This document shows, piece by piece, positions 55,664-64,000 of a DNA stretch of 64,000 nucleotides (position 1 is the stretch's first letter; every line of letters begins with the position of its first letter). The translations under genes and the position numbers were made by a program. Under the pieces are notes generated by a model. It searched no databases. It was given only the letters and a program-made list of their open reading frames with translations, and was not told where the DNA came from. The stretch is from Rariglobus sp. (lineage in GTDB: Bacteria; Verrucomicrobiota; Verrucomicrobiia; Opitutales; Opitutaceae). The DNA is taken from positions 1,089 to 65,088 of the forward strand of contig JAQSWS010000032.1 of assembly GCA_029266495.1 (NCBI GenBank). Direction: 5' to 3'.

Positions 55664-56275
55664 ATGCTCACCGAAAAACAAGAAGCCATCCTGGACTACA
55701 TTCGCGAGGTTCAGTCCGAGCGCGGCATCCCTCCGAGCACACGCGACATCCAAAAGCAGTTCGGCTACGAAAGTCAGAACGCCGTGATGAATCACTTGCG
55801 GGCTCTGGCAAAAAAAGGCGCCATCGAGCAGATCGACGGACGCACATGGGGACTCAAGGTTCGCGCCGTTCAAGGCCAGTTGTTCACCGTCCCGATTTAC
55901 GGCGCCATTCCCGCCGGCCCGCCCACCCAGGAAGAGCAGGAGTCGGGCGAAACCCTTCGTGTCGACCCCGTGTTGTTCGGCATCCCCGAGCGCGACCGCC
56001 ATAAACTCTGGGCCCTGCGCGTCAGCGGCGACTCGATGATCGAGGCGCATATCCTCGACGGCGACCTTGCCTTGCTCGAACGGCGTGAACCCCGTGAGGG
56101 CGACATCATTGCCGCCTTGGTGGACGACACCGCCTCGACGCTCAAACGGCTCCTCTATCGGGCGGGCCGGGCCATTCTCCATCCGGAAAACGCCCGCTAC
56201 GAAGACATCATCCCCGAGCGCGGCCTTGAATGCCAGGGCGTGCTCGTCGGCGTGATCCGCCGGACCCACGCCTGA
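55664..56275 (+). CDS. lexA: SOS repressor LexA
   Basis: MLTEKQEAILDYI...PPSTRDI HTH, PAG cleavage site, VSGDSM Ser and TLKR Lys. Confidence 0.94.
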   Translation: MLTEKQEAILDYIREVQSERGIPPSTRDIQKQFGYESQNAVMNHLRALAKKGAIEQIDGRTWGLKVRAVQGQLFTVPIYGAIPAGPPTQEEQESGETLRVDPVLFGIPERDRHKLWALRVSGDSMIEAHILDGDLALLERREPREGDIIAALVDDTASTLKRLLYRAGRAILHPENARYEDIIPERGLECQGVLVGVIRRTHA

Positions 56276-56321
56276 GAGCCTGTGCGCGTTGCCATCGTTT
56301 GTTTTCCGGCATGAATTCCTT

Positions 56322-56966
56322 GTGGCCGTCCCCAACGCCAGTCTTTCGACGCTTCGTCAGCTCCTCGCCGAACGTTTTCCACAGGCGACCCGGCCCGCCT
56401 CCGGGCTCCTGCCCACGGGCGTTCCCTCCGTCGACGATGCCCTCGGCGGCCTGCCCCGGCATGCGTTGACGGAACTCGTCTGCCCCGCGCCAAGCACCGG
56501 CAGCCAGTTGTTTTTTTCACAACTGCTCGCCACCACCCGCGCACTCCCCGCCCGCGTCGCATTGATTGACGCCGCCGATCAATTCGATCCGCAATCGATT
56601 CCCCGCGAAGACCTGGAGCACCTGCTCTGGGTGCGTTGCCGGAGCGTCGCCGATGCGATGCCGGTCGCCGACCTCCTTGCCCGCGAAGCCAATCTCGACC
56701 TGGTCGTGCTCGACTTCGCCCCCGTGCCCCTGCCTTCGCTCCGGCGCATTCCCGCCACCACGTGGTATCGCCTGCAACGCGCCGCCGGACAGACCGACCT
56801 CGCCTTTCTCGTGTTCACTCCGGCCGCCCTCGTGCCCAGCGCACAACTCCGTTTGCAGCTCGAAACCACCGCGCCGCTCTCCGCCCTGCAAACCCCGCGG
56901 CCGCACCTCGCGGTCGATCTCGATGTCACCCGCCAGCGCCAGCGCCTCGGCGTGACTCCCGCCTGA
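56322..56966 (+). CDS. imuA: ImuA / RecA-like mutasome accessory protein
   Basis: PTGVPSVDDALGGLPRHALTEL, ALIDAADQFDP, degenerate P-loop; located between lexA and imuB. Confidence 0.8.
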   Translation: MAVPNASLSTLRQLLAERFPQATRPASGLLPTGVPSVDDALGGLPRHALTELVCPAPSTGSQLFFSQLLATTRALPARVALIDAADQFDPQSIPREDLEHLLWVRCRSVADAMPVADLLAREANLDLVVLDFAPVPLPSLRRIPATTWYRLQRAAGQTDLAFLVFTPAALVPSAQLRLQLETTAPLSALQTPRPHLAVDLDVTRQRQRLGVTPA

Positions 56967-56968
56967 TC

Positions 56969-58429
56969 ATGTTTGCCGTCCTCCATCTTGCCGACTTCGC
57001 CCTCCAGGCCGTGTTGCGCACCGAGCCTGCGGCCGCCCACCGGCCGGCCGCCTTGCTCGATCCCACGCGTCGTCCGCCGCTGCTGCTCGCCTGCACCGCA
57101 TCCGCCCGCGCCCTCGGCGTTGAAATCGGACAAACCTCACCCCAGGCCCTCGCCCGCTGCGAACACCTGCGTCTTTTCACACCGCATAACGATGCCGAAA
57201 AGGAAGCCGCCGCCGGCCTGCTCGCCGCCGCTTTTTCGATTTCGCCGTATGTCGAGGCCACCGCGCCCGGCGTGTGCACGCTCCAGATCAACGGTCTTCC
57301 GCCCGACAAACGTGAACCCGCCCTCCGTGCCTCCATCGAACAATTGGCGGCTTTGGGCCTTCACGCCACCGCCGGCGCCGGACCGACTCCGCTCCTCGCC
57401 CTTTACGCCGCGCGCCAGGCCGGCCCGCTGCTGATGATTGGCAACGAGCGCGCGTTTCTGGCGCCGCTCCCGCTCGCCGCCGCCGACCCGCCCGCCGAGT
57501 TAACCGGCATTCTCGCCGGCTGGGGTGTTCGCACGCTCGGCGATCTCACAGATTTGTCCAAGGCCTCCGTCGCCCAGCGACTCGGCCCCGCCGGGCTTGC
57601 CCTTTGGGAACGTGCCGCCGGAGAGGCGTCGCGTCCCCTTCACCTCGTTTCACCGCCGCCCGCGTTCTCCGCCTCCATGGAATGCGAATACGAGTTGGAA
57701 ACCCTGGAGCCGCTCCTCTTCCTGCTGCGCCGTTTCGTGGATCGCCTCGCGCTCGAACTTCATACCGCCAGCCTCGCCGCCGCCGAACTCACGCTGGCCC
57801 TCCACCTCGCGGATGAAACCACGCTCACGCGCACCATCCGCCTGCCCGAGCCTTCCACCCAGGCCGACACGCTTTTTCGCACGCTTCATACTTATCTCGA
57901 ATCCGTCCGCACGACCACCGCGGTGATCGGCCTTCGGCTCGACCTCACGCCGACGCGAATCGCCACCCGCCAGCATGGTCTCTTCGACCGCGCCCTGCGC
58001 GATTCGCATGGCTTTGCCGAAACCCTCGCCCGCATCGCCGCCATCGTCGGCAGCGACCGCCTCGGCACGCCCGTCCCGGCCGACACCCACCGGCCGGATG
58101 TCTTTACGTTAATTCCTCCTCAGGCCGAGATTCCCGCCTGCGAACCGCACCGGACGCTTCACCCGCCCCAAGGCCTCGTGTTGCGTCGCTACCGTCCACC
58201 CCGGCCGGCCACCGTCGAACTGGCCGGCGCCCGACAAGCCCCCGCCTACGTCCGCACTCCGCACGTGGAAGGCAACGTGCGCGCGGTCGCCGGCCCCTGG
58301 CATGCCTCCGGCGGCTGGTGGCAGGCCGACCAGCTCTGGCAACGCGAGGAATGGGACGTCGAACTCGACGGCCTCTACCGTCTCGTCCGCACCCCCGAAG
58401 GCTGGTTCGTCGAAGGCGAATACGACTGA
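56969..58429 (+). CDS. imuB: ImuB (inactive Y-family polymerase homologue)
   Basis: MFAVLHLADFALQA, GPWHASGGWW, EEWDVE, WFVEGEYD. Confidence 0.88.
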   Translation: MFAVLHLADFALQAVLRTEPAAAHRPAALLDPTRRPPLLLACTASARALGVEIGQTSPQALARCEHLRLFTPHNDAEKEAAAGLLAAAFSISPYVEATAPGVCTLQINGLPPDKREPALRASIEQLAALGLHATAGAGPTPLLALYAARQAGPLLMIGNERAFLAPLPLAAADPPAELTGILAGWGVRTLGDLTDLSKASVAQRLGPAGLALWERAAGEASRPLHLVSPPPAFSASMECEYELETLEPLLFLLRRFVDRLALELHTASLAAAELTLALHLADETTLTRTIRLPEPSTQADTLFRTLHTYLESVRTTTAVIGLRLDLTPTRIATRQHGLFDRALRDSHGFAETLARIAAIVGSDRLGTPVPADTHRPDVFTLIPPQAEIPACEPHRTLHPPQGLVLRRYRPPRPATVELAGARQAPAYVRTPHVEGNVRAVAGPWHASGGWWQADQLWQREEWDVELDGLYRLVRTPEGWFVEGEYD

Positions 58430-58435
58430 CGCGCC

Positions 58436-61400
58436 ATGGCCGCCGATTACATCGAGCTTCACGCCGCAAGCGCCTTCAGTTTCCTTCGCGGCGCCTCCCT
58501 GCCCGAACACCTCGCGGAACGCGCCGCGCAACTCGGCCTCCCCGCCCTCGCGGTCCTCGATCGTGACGGCCTCTACGGCGCTCCCCGCGTCTACTCCGCC
58601 GCCCGCGAACAAGGCATCCGACCCCTGGTCGGCGCCGAGGTCACGCTGGAGGACGGCAGCGTCCTTCCCTTGCTGGTGAAAAATCGCACGGGCTACCAAA
58701 ACCTTTGCCAGCTTATCTCCACCGCAAAACTCGAACCTCGCGAAGACAGGGCGGGGCCGCCGGATGCGTTGCGTCACTCCGGAGGGACCGCCCGGCCATC
58801 CACCCCCGCCCTCGATCCCCGCGCACGCAAACGTCCATGCTTCGCCACGTGGGCCGAACTCGCCGCTCATCGCGACGGACTGATCGCGCTCACCGGTGAC
58901 GAGGACGGCCCGTTGCTGCGCGGCTGGCAACACGACGGCGAAGCCGGCGCCGCGGCCGTGATCGACCGCCTCTCCTCGGTCTTCGACCCCGGCCATCTCT
59001 TCGTCGAGATCCAGCGCCACCGGGTGCGCGGAGAGGAAACCGCCGGACGCATGCTCGCCGACCTCGCCGCCGCCCGCCGGTTGCCGTTGCTCGCCACCGG
59101 CGGGGTGCTGCACGCCACGCGCGAGCAGCGCGACATCGCCGATGTATTCACTTGTCTGCGACACCACACCACGCTCGACGCCGCCGGCCGGCTGCTCTCC
59201 GTCAACGCCGGGCGCCACCTTCGCTCAGGCCGCCGCATGCACGAACTGTTCGCCGACCACCCGGAGGCGCTCGCCAACACGCTGCGCCTCGCCGACCGCC
59301 TCGACTTCACGCTGGAAAATCTCGGCTACGAGTTTCCCGGCTTTCCCGTCGGCCCCGGCGAAACAATGGAAGGCGTGTTGCGCGACCGCGCCTACGAGGG
59401 CGCGCGCAGGCGCTTCCCGGCGATGACCCCGCGGGTGATCGAACAGCTCGACCGCGAACTTGCCGTCATCAACAAGCTGAAATTTCCCGGCTACTTTCTC
59501 ATCGTCTGGGACGTCTGCCGGCGCTGTCAGGAAAAAGGCATTCTTATCCAGGGCCGGGGCTCCGCCGCCAACAGCGCGGTCTGTTACGCGCTCGGCATCA
59601 CCGCCGTCGACCCGATCGCCCACGAATTGCTCTTCGAGCGTTTCCTCAGTGAAGGCCGCGTCGGCGCCGACGGCCATCCCTCCTGGCCCGACATCGACCT
59701 CGACCTGCCCAGCGGCGACCTGCGCGAATCGGTCATCCAGGATGTTTACACCCGTTATGGACGACGCGGCGCGGCGATGGTCGCCAACGTCATCACCTTC
59801 TGCGGCCGCAGCGCCGCGCGCGAGGTCGGCAAGGTCCTCGGCCTTCCCGATGACGTGCTCGACCGTTTCTCCTCGCTCTATGCAAACGGCGACTTCCCCC
59901 ACACGCTGGACTTGAAGGCCCAGTTCAAAACCTCCGGCCTGCCCGCCGCCCACCCGCGCCTGCCCGCCCTGCTCTCGCTCTGTCATCGCTTAAAAACACT
60001 TCCCCGTCACCTCGGCCAGCATTCCGGCGGCATGATCCTCTGCCCCGGACGCCTCGATCGTGTGGTGCCCGTTGAAAACGCCTCGATGGAGGGACGCACC
60101 ATCGTCCAGTGGGACAAGGACGACTGCGAGGACCTCGGCCTCGTGAAGATCGACTTCCTCGGCCTCGGCATGATGGCCGTGCTCCAGGAATGCCAAAAGC
60201 TCTGCGCGGACAACCACCGGCCTTTTCAACTCCACCAGGTTCCGCCCGACGACCCCGAGGTGTTCGATCTTATGTGCCGCGCCGAAACCATCGGCGTATT
60301 CCAGATCGAATCGCGCGCCCAGATGGCCACGTTGCCGCGCCTTCAGCCGCGAAAGTTTTATGATGTTGCCATCGCCGTCGCCATCGTGCGTCCCGGACCG
60401 ATCACCGGCGGCATCACCGCGCCGATCGTCGAACGCCGGGGTCCTCCCGAAAAACCCTTCGTCTGCATCGACCCGAGCGTGGACGAAAAAGCCCGTCGCA
60501 TCCTCGGTCGCACCTACGGGGTGATTCTTTTTCAGGAGCAGATGCTCGCCCTCGCGATGGAGCTCGCTGATTTCAGCGGAGCCGAAGCCGAGGAACTGCG
60601 CCGCGCCCTCGGGTTTCACCGCAGCCATGAGCGCCTGTTGCGCATCACCGCCAGGCTTCGTGACGCGTTGAAACAAAAGGGCTGTCCGGAGACCGTCGTT
60701 CAGACGCTCGTCGAAGCCTCCGCCACGTTTGCGCTCTACGGTTTCCCCGAAAGCCACGCCATCTCCTTTGCGCTCCTCGCCTACGCCAGCACGTGGTTGA
60801 AGCTTCACCGGCCCGCCGAGTTCTACGCCAGCCTGCTGAACAACCAGCCCATGGGGTTTTATTCCGCGGCCACCCTCGTGCAGGACGGCCGTCGCCGGGG
60901 ACTGAAGGTTCTGCCCGTTTGCGTGCAACGCTCCGCCTGGCCCTGCACCGTCGAGGGCCCGAACACGATCCGCATCGGACTTTGCTACGTGAAGGGCCTC
61001 CACGAAAACCACGCGCGCGACCTCATCGCCCGGCGCAGTGAACAGCCCTTCACCGCGCTCGGTGATTTTCTGCACCGCGCCCCCCTCTCCGCGACCGAAC
61101 GCCGCGCGCTCGCGTCCGTGGGCGCGCTCAATGTCTTTGCCGGTCACCGCCGCGCCGCGCTCTGGCAGGTCGAGGCCGCGTGGTCCGCCGACGACACACT
61201 CTTTCACCACGCGGGCACGTTGCTTGAAACTGAAGACAACCCGCTCGCACCCATGACACTCGGTGAACGCGTGCAGGAGGATTTTCGAGGACTCAGCCTC
61301 ACGGTGGGCGAGCATCCGATGCGGCTCGTCCGCGACCAGGTGCCCGATCTCTGGTGCGCAAGCGACCTGCCCCTCGGTCGCGACGGCGAGTTCGTGACAA

Positions 61401-61666
61401 TCGGCGGCAGCGTCATCTGCCGTCAGCGCCCGGGCACGGCAAAGGGCACCGTGTTCATTTCCCTCGAGGATGAAACCGGCGTGGCCAACGCGATCGTGCG
61501 CTCGGAACTGTTCGAGCAAAATCGTTTCGTCATCAACGAGGAGCCCACGCTCCGCATTTACGGAAAACTCCAGCGCCGCGCCGGCGTGATCCACGTTCGC
61601 GCGGAAAAAATTTCCCCGCTCCGCCTGTCCGCCGTGCCCGCCCAGTCCTCGCACGATTTTCATTAA
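58436..61666 (+). CDS. dnaE2: Error-prone DNA polymerase III alpha (DnaE2/ImuC)
   Basis: ELHAASAFSFLRGAS, GRGSAANS, PDIDLD, KIDFLGLGM, GFPESHA, C-terminal SHDFH. Confidence 0.95.
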   Translation: MAADYIELHAASAFSFLRGASLPEHLAERAAQLGLPALAVLDRDGLYGAPRVYSAAREQGIRPLVGAEVTLEDGSVLPLLVKNRTGYQNLCQLISTAKLEPREDRAGPPDALRHSGGTARPSTPALDPRARKRPCFATWAELAAHRDGLIALTGDEDGPLLRGWQHDGEAGAAAVIDRLSSVFDPGHLFVEIQRHRVRGEETAGRMLADLAAARRLPLLATGGVLHATREQRDIADVFTCLRHHTTLDAAGRLLSVNAGRHLRSGRRMHELFADHPEALANTLRLADRLDFTLENLGYEFPGFPVGPGETMEGVLRDRAYEGARRRFPAMTPRVIEQLDRELAVINKLKFPGYFLIVWDVCRRCQEKGILIQGRGSAANSAVCYALGITAVDPIAHELLFERFLSEGRVGADGHPSWPDIDLDLPSGDLRESVIQDVYTRYGRRGAAMVANVITFCGRSAAREVGKVLGLPDDVLDRFSSLYANGDFPHTLDLKAQFKTSGLPAAHPRLPALLSLCHRLKTLPRHLGQHSGGMILCPGRLDRVVPVENASMEGRTIVQWDKDDCEDLGLVKIDFLGLGMMAVLQECQKLCADNHRPFQLHQVPPDDPEVFDLMCRAETIGVFQIESRAQMATLPRLQPRKFYDVAIAVAIVRPGPITGGITAPIVERRGPPEKPFVCIDPSVDEKARRILGRTYGVILFQEQMLALAMELADFSGAEAEELRRALGFHRSHERLLRITARLRDALKQKGCPETVVQTLVEASATFALYGFPESHAISFALLAYASTWLKLHRPAEFYASLLNNQPMGFYSAATLVQDGRRRGLKVLPVCVQRSAWPCTVEGPNTIRIGLCYVKGLHENHARDLIARRSEQPFTALGDFLHRAPLSATERRALASVGALNVFAGHRRAALWQVEAAWSADDTLFHHAGTLLETEDNPLAPMTLGERVQEDFRGLSLTVGEHPMRLVRDQVPDLWCASDLPLGRDGEFVTIGGSVICRQRPGTAKGTVFISLEDETGVANAIVRSELFEQNRFVINEEPTLRIYGKLQRRAGVIHVRAEKISPLRLSAVPAQSSHDFH

Positions 61667-61795
61667 ACCAACTCATTGCCGTGGCCCCTGAGAGTGAGCT
61701 CAGGGTGGCTTGCAAGTTCCCCCTGAGAATCCCCGCCTCCACGGATTTCAGATCAATTAAAGGCACTCCGGCGGCCCGCGGCTGACCATCCACGC

Positions 61796-62455
61796 ATGCC
61801 AAGGACTCGTTCCGCAATGCCCTCCGCTCCGGACTCCGGCACCGCCGCCCGTTATCTGCCGGCAAATCCAGCAACCCTGTCGCTCTCGACCGTGCGCAAA
61901 CGATCGAAAGCCTGCGAAGCCTGCCCGCTCTACAAGCTGGGCACTCAGACCGTCTTTGGCGAAGGTCCCGTGCAGGCGCGCATCGTCATGATCGGAGAGC
62001 AGCCGGGTGATCAGGAGGATCGCCAGGGCCATCCCTTTGTCGGCCCCGCCGGCAAACTGCTCGACCGCGCCCTCGCCGAGGCGGGCATCGATCGCGCCGA
62101 TGTCTATGTGACCAATACAGTGAAGCACTTCAAATGGACGCCGGCCGGCAAGCGGCGCCTGCACAAAAAACCAAGTGCCCGGGAAATCGCCGCCTGCCGC
62201 CCGTGGCTGGACGCCGAACTCGCGATCATCAAACCCCAGGTCGTGGTCGCCCTCGGCGCGACCGCCGCACAAGCCCTCATGGGAAAGACATTCCGGGTCA
62301 CCCTGGAACGCGGCCGCCTCTATCGGGACCTGCCGTGGGCGCCGGTGTTCTTCGCCACAGTCCACCCTTCATCCATTCTGCGCGGCTCTCCGGAGGAGCG
62401 GGAGCAGGCCATCGCCGCGCTTGTTGCCGACCTGAAAATCATCCGGCGAATTTAA
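61796..62455 (+). CDS. udgX: UdgX-family uracil-DNA binding protein (family-4 UDG)
   Basis: CEACPLY, GEQPGDQED, VKHFKW, KRRLHKKP R-loop, HPSSIL. Confidence 0.87.
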   Translation: MPRTRSAMPSAPDSGTAARYLPANPATLSLSTVRKRSKACEACPLYKLGTQTVFGEGPVQARIVMIGEQPGDQEDRQGHPFVGPAGKLLDRALAEAGIDRADVYVTNTVKHFKWTPAGKRRLHKKPSAREIAACRPWLDAELAIIKPQVVVALGATAAQALMGKTFRVTLERGRLYRDLPWAPVFFATVHPSSILRGSPEEREQAIAALVADLKIIRRI

Positions 62456-62549
62456 CCGGAAACTATTGTCGCCGGGGCAGGCGAAAAAGCGAACGGTTGA
62501 TTTTTTCAGTTCTTCGATCACAGGACATCGCCATCGACAGCTCACCGGT

Positions 62550-63689
62550 CTAGGCAGTCCCCACCTCGGTCGCCACCGCGCCGAACGCGGCGGCGAGCGC
62601 CTGCCAGTCGTCAGCCGTGGTCTCCCAGCCCGAACTCACACGCACCACGCGTTTCGCCTCTCCGGCGTCGTAGCCCAGCGCGGCAAGCACATGCGAAGGA
62701 CCTGCCTTCCCTGTCGCGCACGCCGAACCGGTCGACACCTGAAACCCGCGCTTATCGAGCCGAGTCACCCAACGGGTGTTGTCACCAAAGGGCATGACCA
62801 GGGACACGGTGTTCCACAACCGGTCCGCTCCCGCCCCGATCACTCGCACGCCCGGCACCAGGGAACCCACGGTTCTCTCAAAATTCTCACGCCAACGCAG
62901 GCGCTCCGCCTCCAGGAAAACTTTTTTTTGCTCTGCGTCCGCCAGCGTCGCCCCCATTGCCGCGATCGCCGGAAAATCCTCCGTGCCCCCGCGATGACCG
63001 CGCTCCTGCCCGCCGCCAAGTTGACCGCGCAGACCTTCGGATTGCGGAGCAAGCTTAAGTAACCCCACCCCTTTCGGTCCGCCAAACTTGTGCGCCGCCG
63101 CGATGACGAAGCCATCCCCGCCGATCCCGCCCGCCGGCAGCTTCCCGAGCCACTGCGATCCATCGCAGAGATAAGCCACCCCCGCCTCCCGGCACATCGC
63201 CGCGATTTCTGCCCACGGCTGCAAAACGCCCGTCTCATTGTTCGCCGCCATCACCACAACCGCCGACACCCGATCCGGTTTGTCACTTAATAAGTGACAA
63301 ACTTTCAGGGATTCCAGCTCAACGGTCCCGGCTGGGTCGACCTTCAGCCAACGCACCCGGTCACCAAAAAAATGTTTCGCCGGTTCCAGCACGCACGGAT
63401 GCTCGGTCGGGTTCACCGCAATCAGTGCATCCGCCGGCAATGTTTTTGCCCACCAGGCGAACACCAGGTTGGCCGCCTCGGTCGCACCCGAGGTAAACAC
63501 ATATTGCTCCGCCGAACCGCCGAGCAGGATCGCGAATTTCTCCCGGGCCGCATCAAGGCGGATCTTCACCTGTGCCGCCGTCCGATACGGACTCGACGGG
63601 TTCTGCCACGCCTCCTCCTGGGCTCGCAACCAGGTATCGCGGGCGACCGCCGCAAGCGGCGTGGTGGCGTTGTGGTCAAAGTAAGGCAT
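62550..63689 (-). CDS. Cysteine desulfurase (IscS/NifS-like)
   Basis: YFDHNATTP, MAANNETG, AHKFGGPKG (PLP Lys), STGSAC (catalytic Cys). Confidence 0.9.
   Translation of the reverse strand: MPYFDHNATTPLAAVARDTWLRAQEEAWQNPSSPYRTAAQVKIRLDAAREKFAILLGGSAEQYVFTSGATEAANLVFAWWAKTLPADALIAVNPTEHPCVLEPAKHFFGDRVRWLKVDPAGTVELESLKVCHLLSDKPDRVSAVVVMAANNETGVLQPWAEIAAMCREAGVAYLCDGSQWLGKLPAGGIGGDGFVIAAAHKFGGPKGVGLLKLAPQSEGLRGQLGGGQERGHRGGTEDFPAIAAMGATLADAEQKKVFLEAERLRWRENFERTVGSLVPGVRVIGAGADRLWNTVSLVMPFGDNTRWVTRLDKRGFQVSTGSACATGKAGPSHVLAALGYDAGEAKRVVRVSSGWETTADDWQALAAAFGAVATEVGTA
63275..63302. repeat. Palindromic element TTGTCACTTAATAAGTGACAA (copy 2, intragenic)
   Basis: GTTTGTCACTTA-A-TAAGTGACAAAC is a perfect 25-bp palindrome (63278-63302) encoding VCHLLSDK in the desulfurase. 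Confidence 0.85.
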
Positions 63690-63701
63690 CCGTTCCTCAG
63701 G

Positions 63702-63735
63702 AAAATCCCAAATACCAAAAGGCCAAACCCCAAAA
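63702..63735. repeat. Short CCAAA-periodic microrepeat
   Basis: AAATCCCAAATACCAAAAGGCCAAACCCCAAAA. Confidence 0.4.
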
Positions 63736-63879
63736 CGGAGGATCCCGCCTCGCGCTTTCCTTCATTCGTCCCCGCACGCGGTTCCTTCCGCCTGAAATTT
63801 CCCGATGGAAGAGGAAGGATCCTGGGCGCACTAGGGGCTTGCGCAGGGGATTTTCAGAAGGCTTGCTTGGCCCTTTCCC

Positions 63880-64000
63880 ATGAGCACTCCCAAAGAACAA
63901 GCCATCATCAAGACCTCCCTCGGCGAAATGACCGTCGAATTTTATACCGACGTCGCTCCCAAGACCGTTGAGAACTTCAAAAAACTCGCCAACGAGAAGT
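63880..64000 (+). CDS. Cyclophilin-type peptidyl-prolyl isomerase, 5' partial
   Basis: MSTPKEQAIIKTSLGEMTVEFYTDVAPKTVENFKKLA. Confidence 0.88.
   Translation, partial: MSTPKEQAIIKTSLGEMTVEFYTDVAPKTVENFKKLANEK

Noticed and set aside
59990-61663. 557-aa minus-strand ORF, plus similar long antisense ORFs (47729-49591+, 8827-9993+, 9080-9964+, 4031-5284-, 1208-2428+, 15936-17483+, 53266-54651-)
   Set aside because: They lie antisense to well-supported genes, show no family motifs, and are the expected shadow ORFs of high-GC codon bias.

Overview
High-GC (visually about 65%) chromosomal segment, most consistent with Opitutaceae (Verrucomicrobiota). That placement is an inference from gene content, the TGTTC-N4-GAACA LexA box and the style of the repeats. 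I found about 58 CDS and no rRNA, tRNA, CRISPR array, integrase or transposase. Content in order: a sugar-catabolic cluster (Gfo/Idh/MocA, TIM-barrel isomerase, AraC, ADH, KdgK); an exbB-exbD-giant coiled-coil/beta-sandwich operon; an orphan beta-class-like methyltransferase; an SHD1/papain-like protein; menF and metG; a Mn/Fe ABC operon with two DtxR-type boxes and an embedded outer-membrane beta-barrel; housekeeping blocks (TPR-glmM-trpD, uppP, rpmF-plsX-fabH-bamD-lptE-rpe, dinB); an accessory stretch (desaturase, damaged GH-A hydrolase, CBS-PAS hybrid kinase, NhaP, AI-2E, EF-hand, EEP, Gre, DedA, GH16-like/golvesin); purH, apaG, beta-CASP nuclease and suhB; a lexA-imuA-imuB-dnaE2-udgX SOS cassette; a cysteine desulfurase; and a partial cyclophilin. 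Best candidates for something undescribed: (1) the ExbBD-coupled periplasm-spanning coiled-coil protein ending in a putative glycan-binding domain; (2) a 21-25 bp perfect palindrome (TTGTCACTTAATAAGTGACAA) present twice and translated in frame inside genes; (3) a beta-barrel porin co-translated inside a DtxR-box Mn/Fe ABC operon. All family calls come from motif recognition by eye; no database searches were run.
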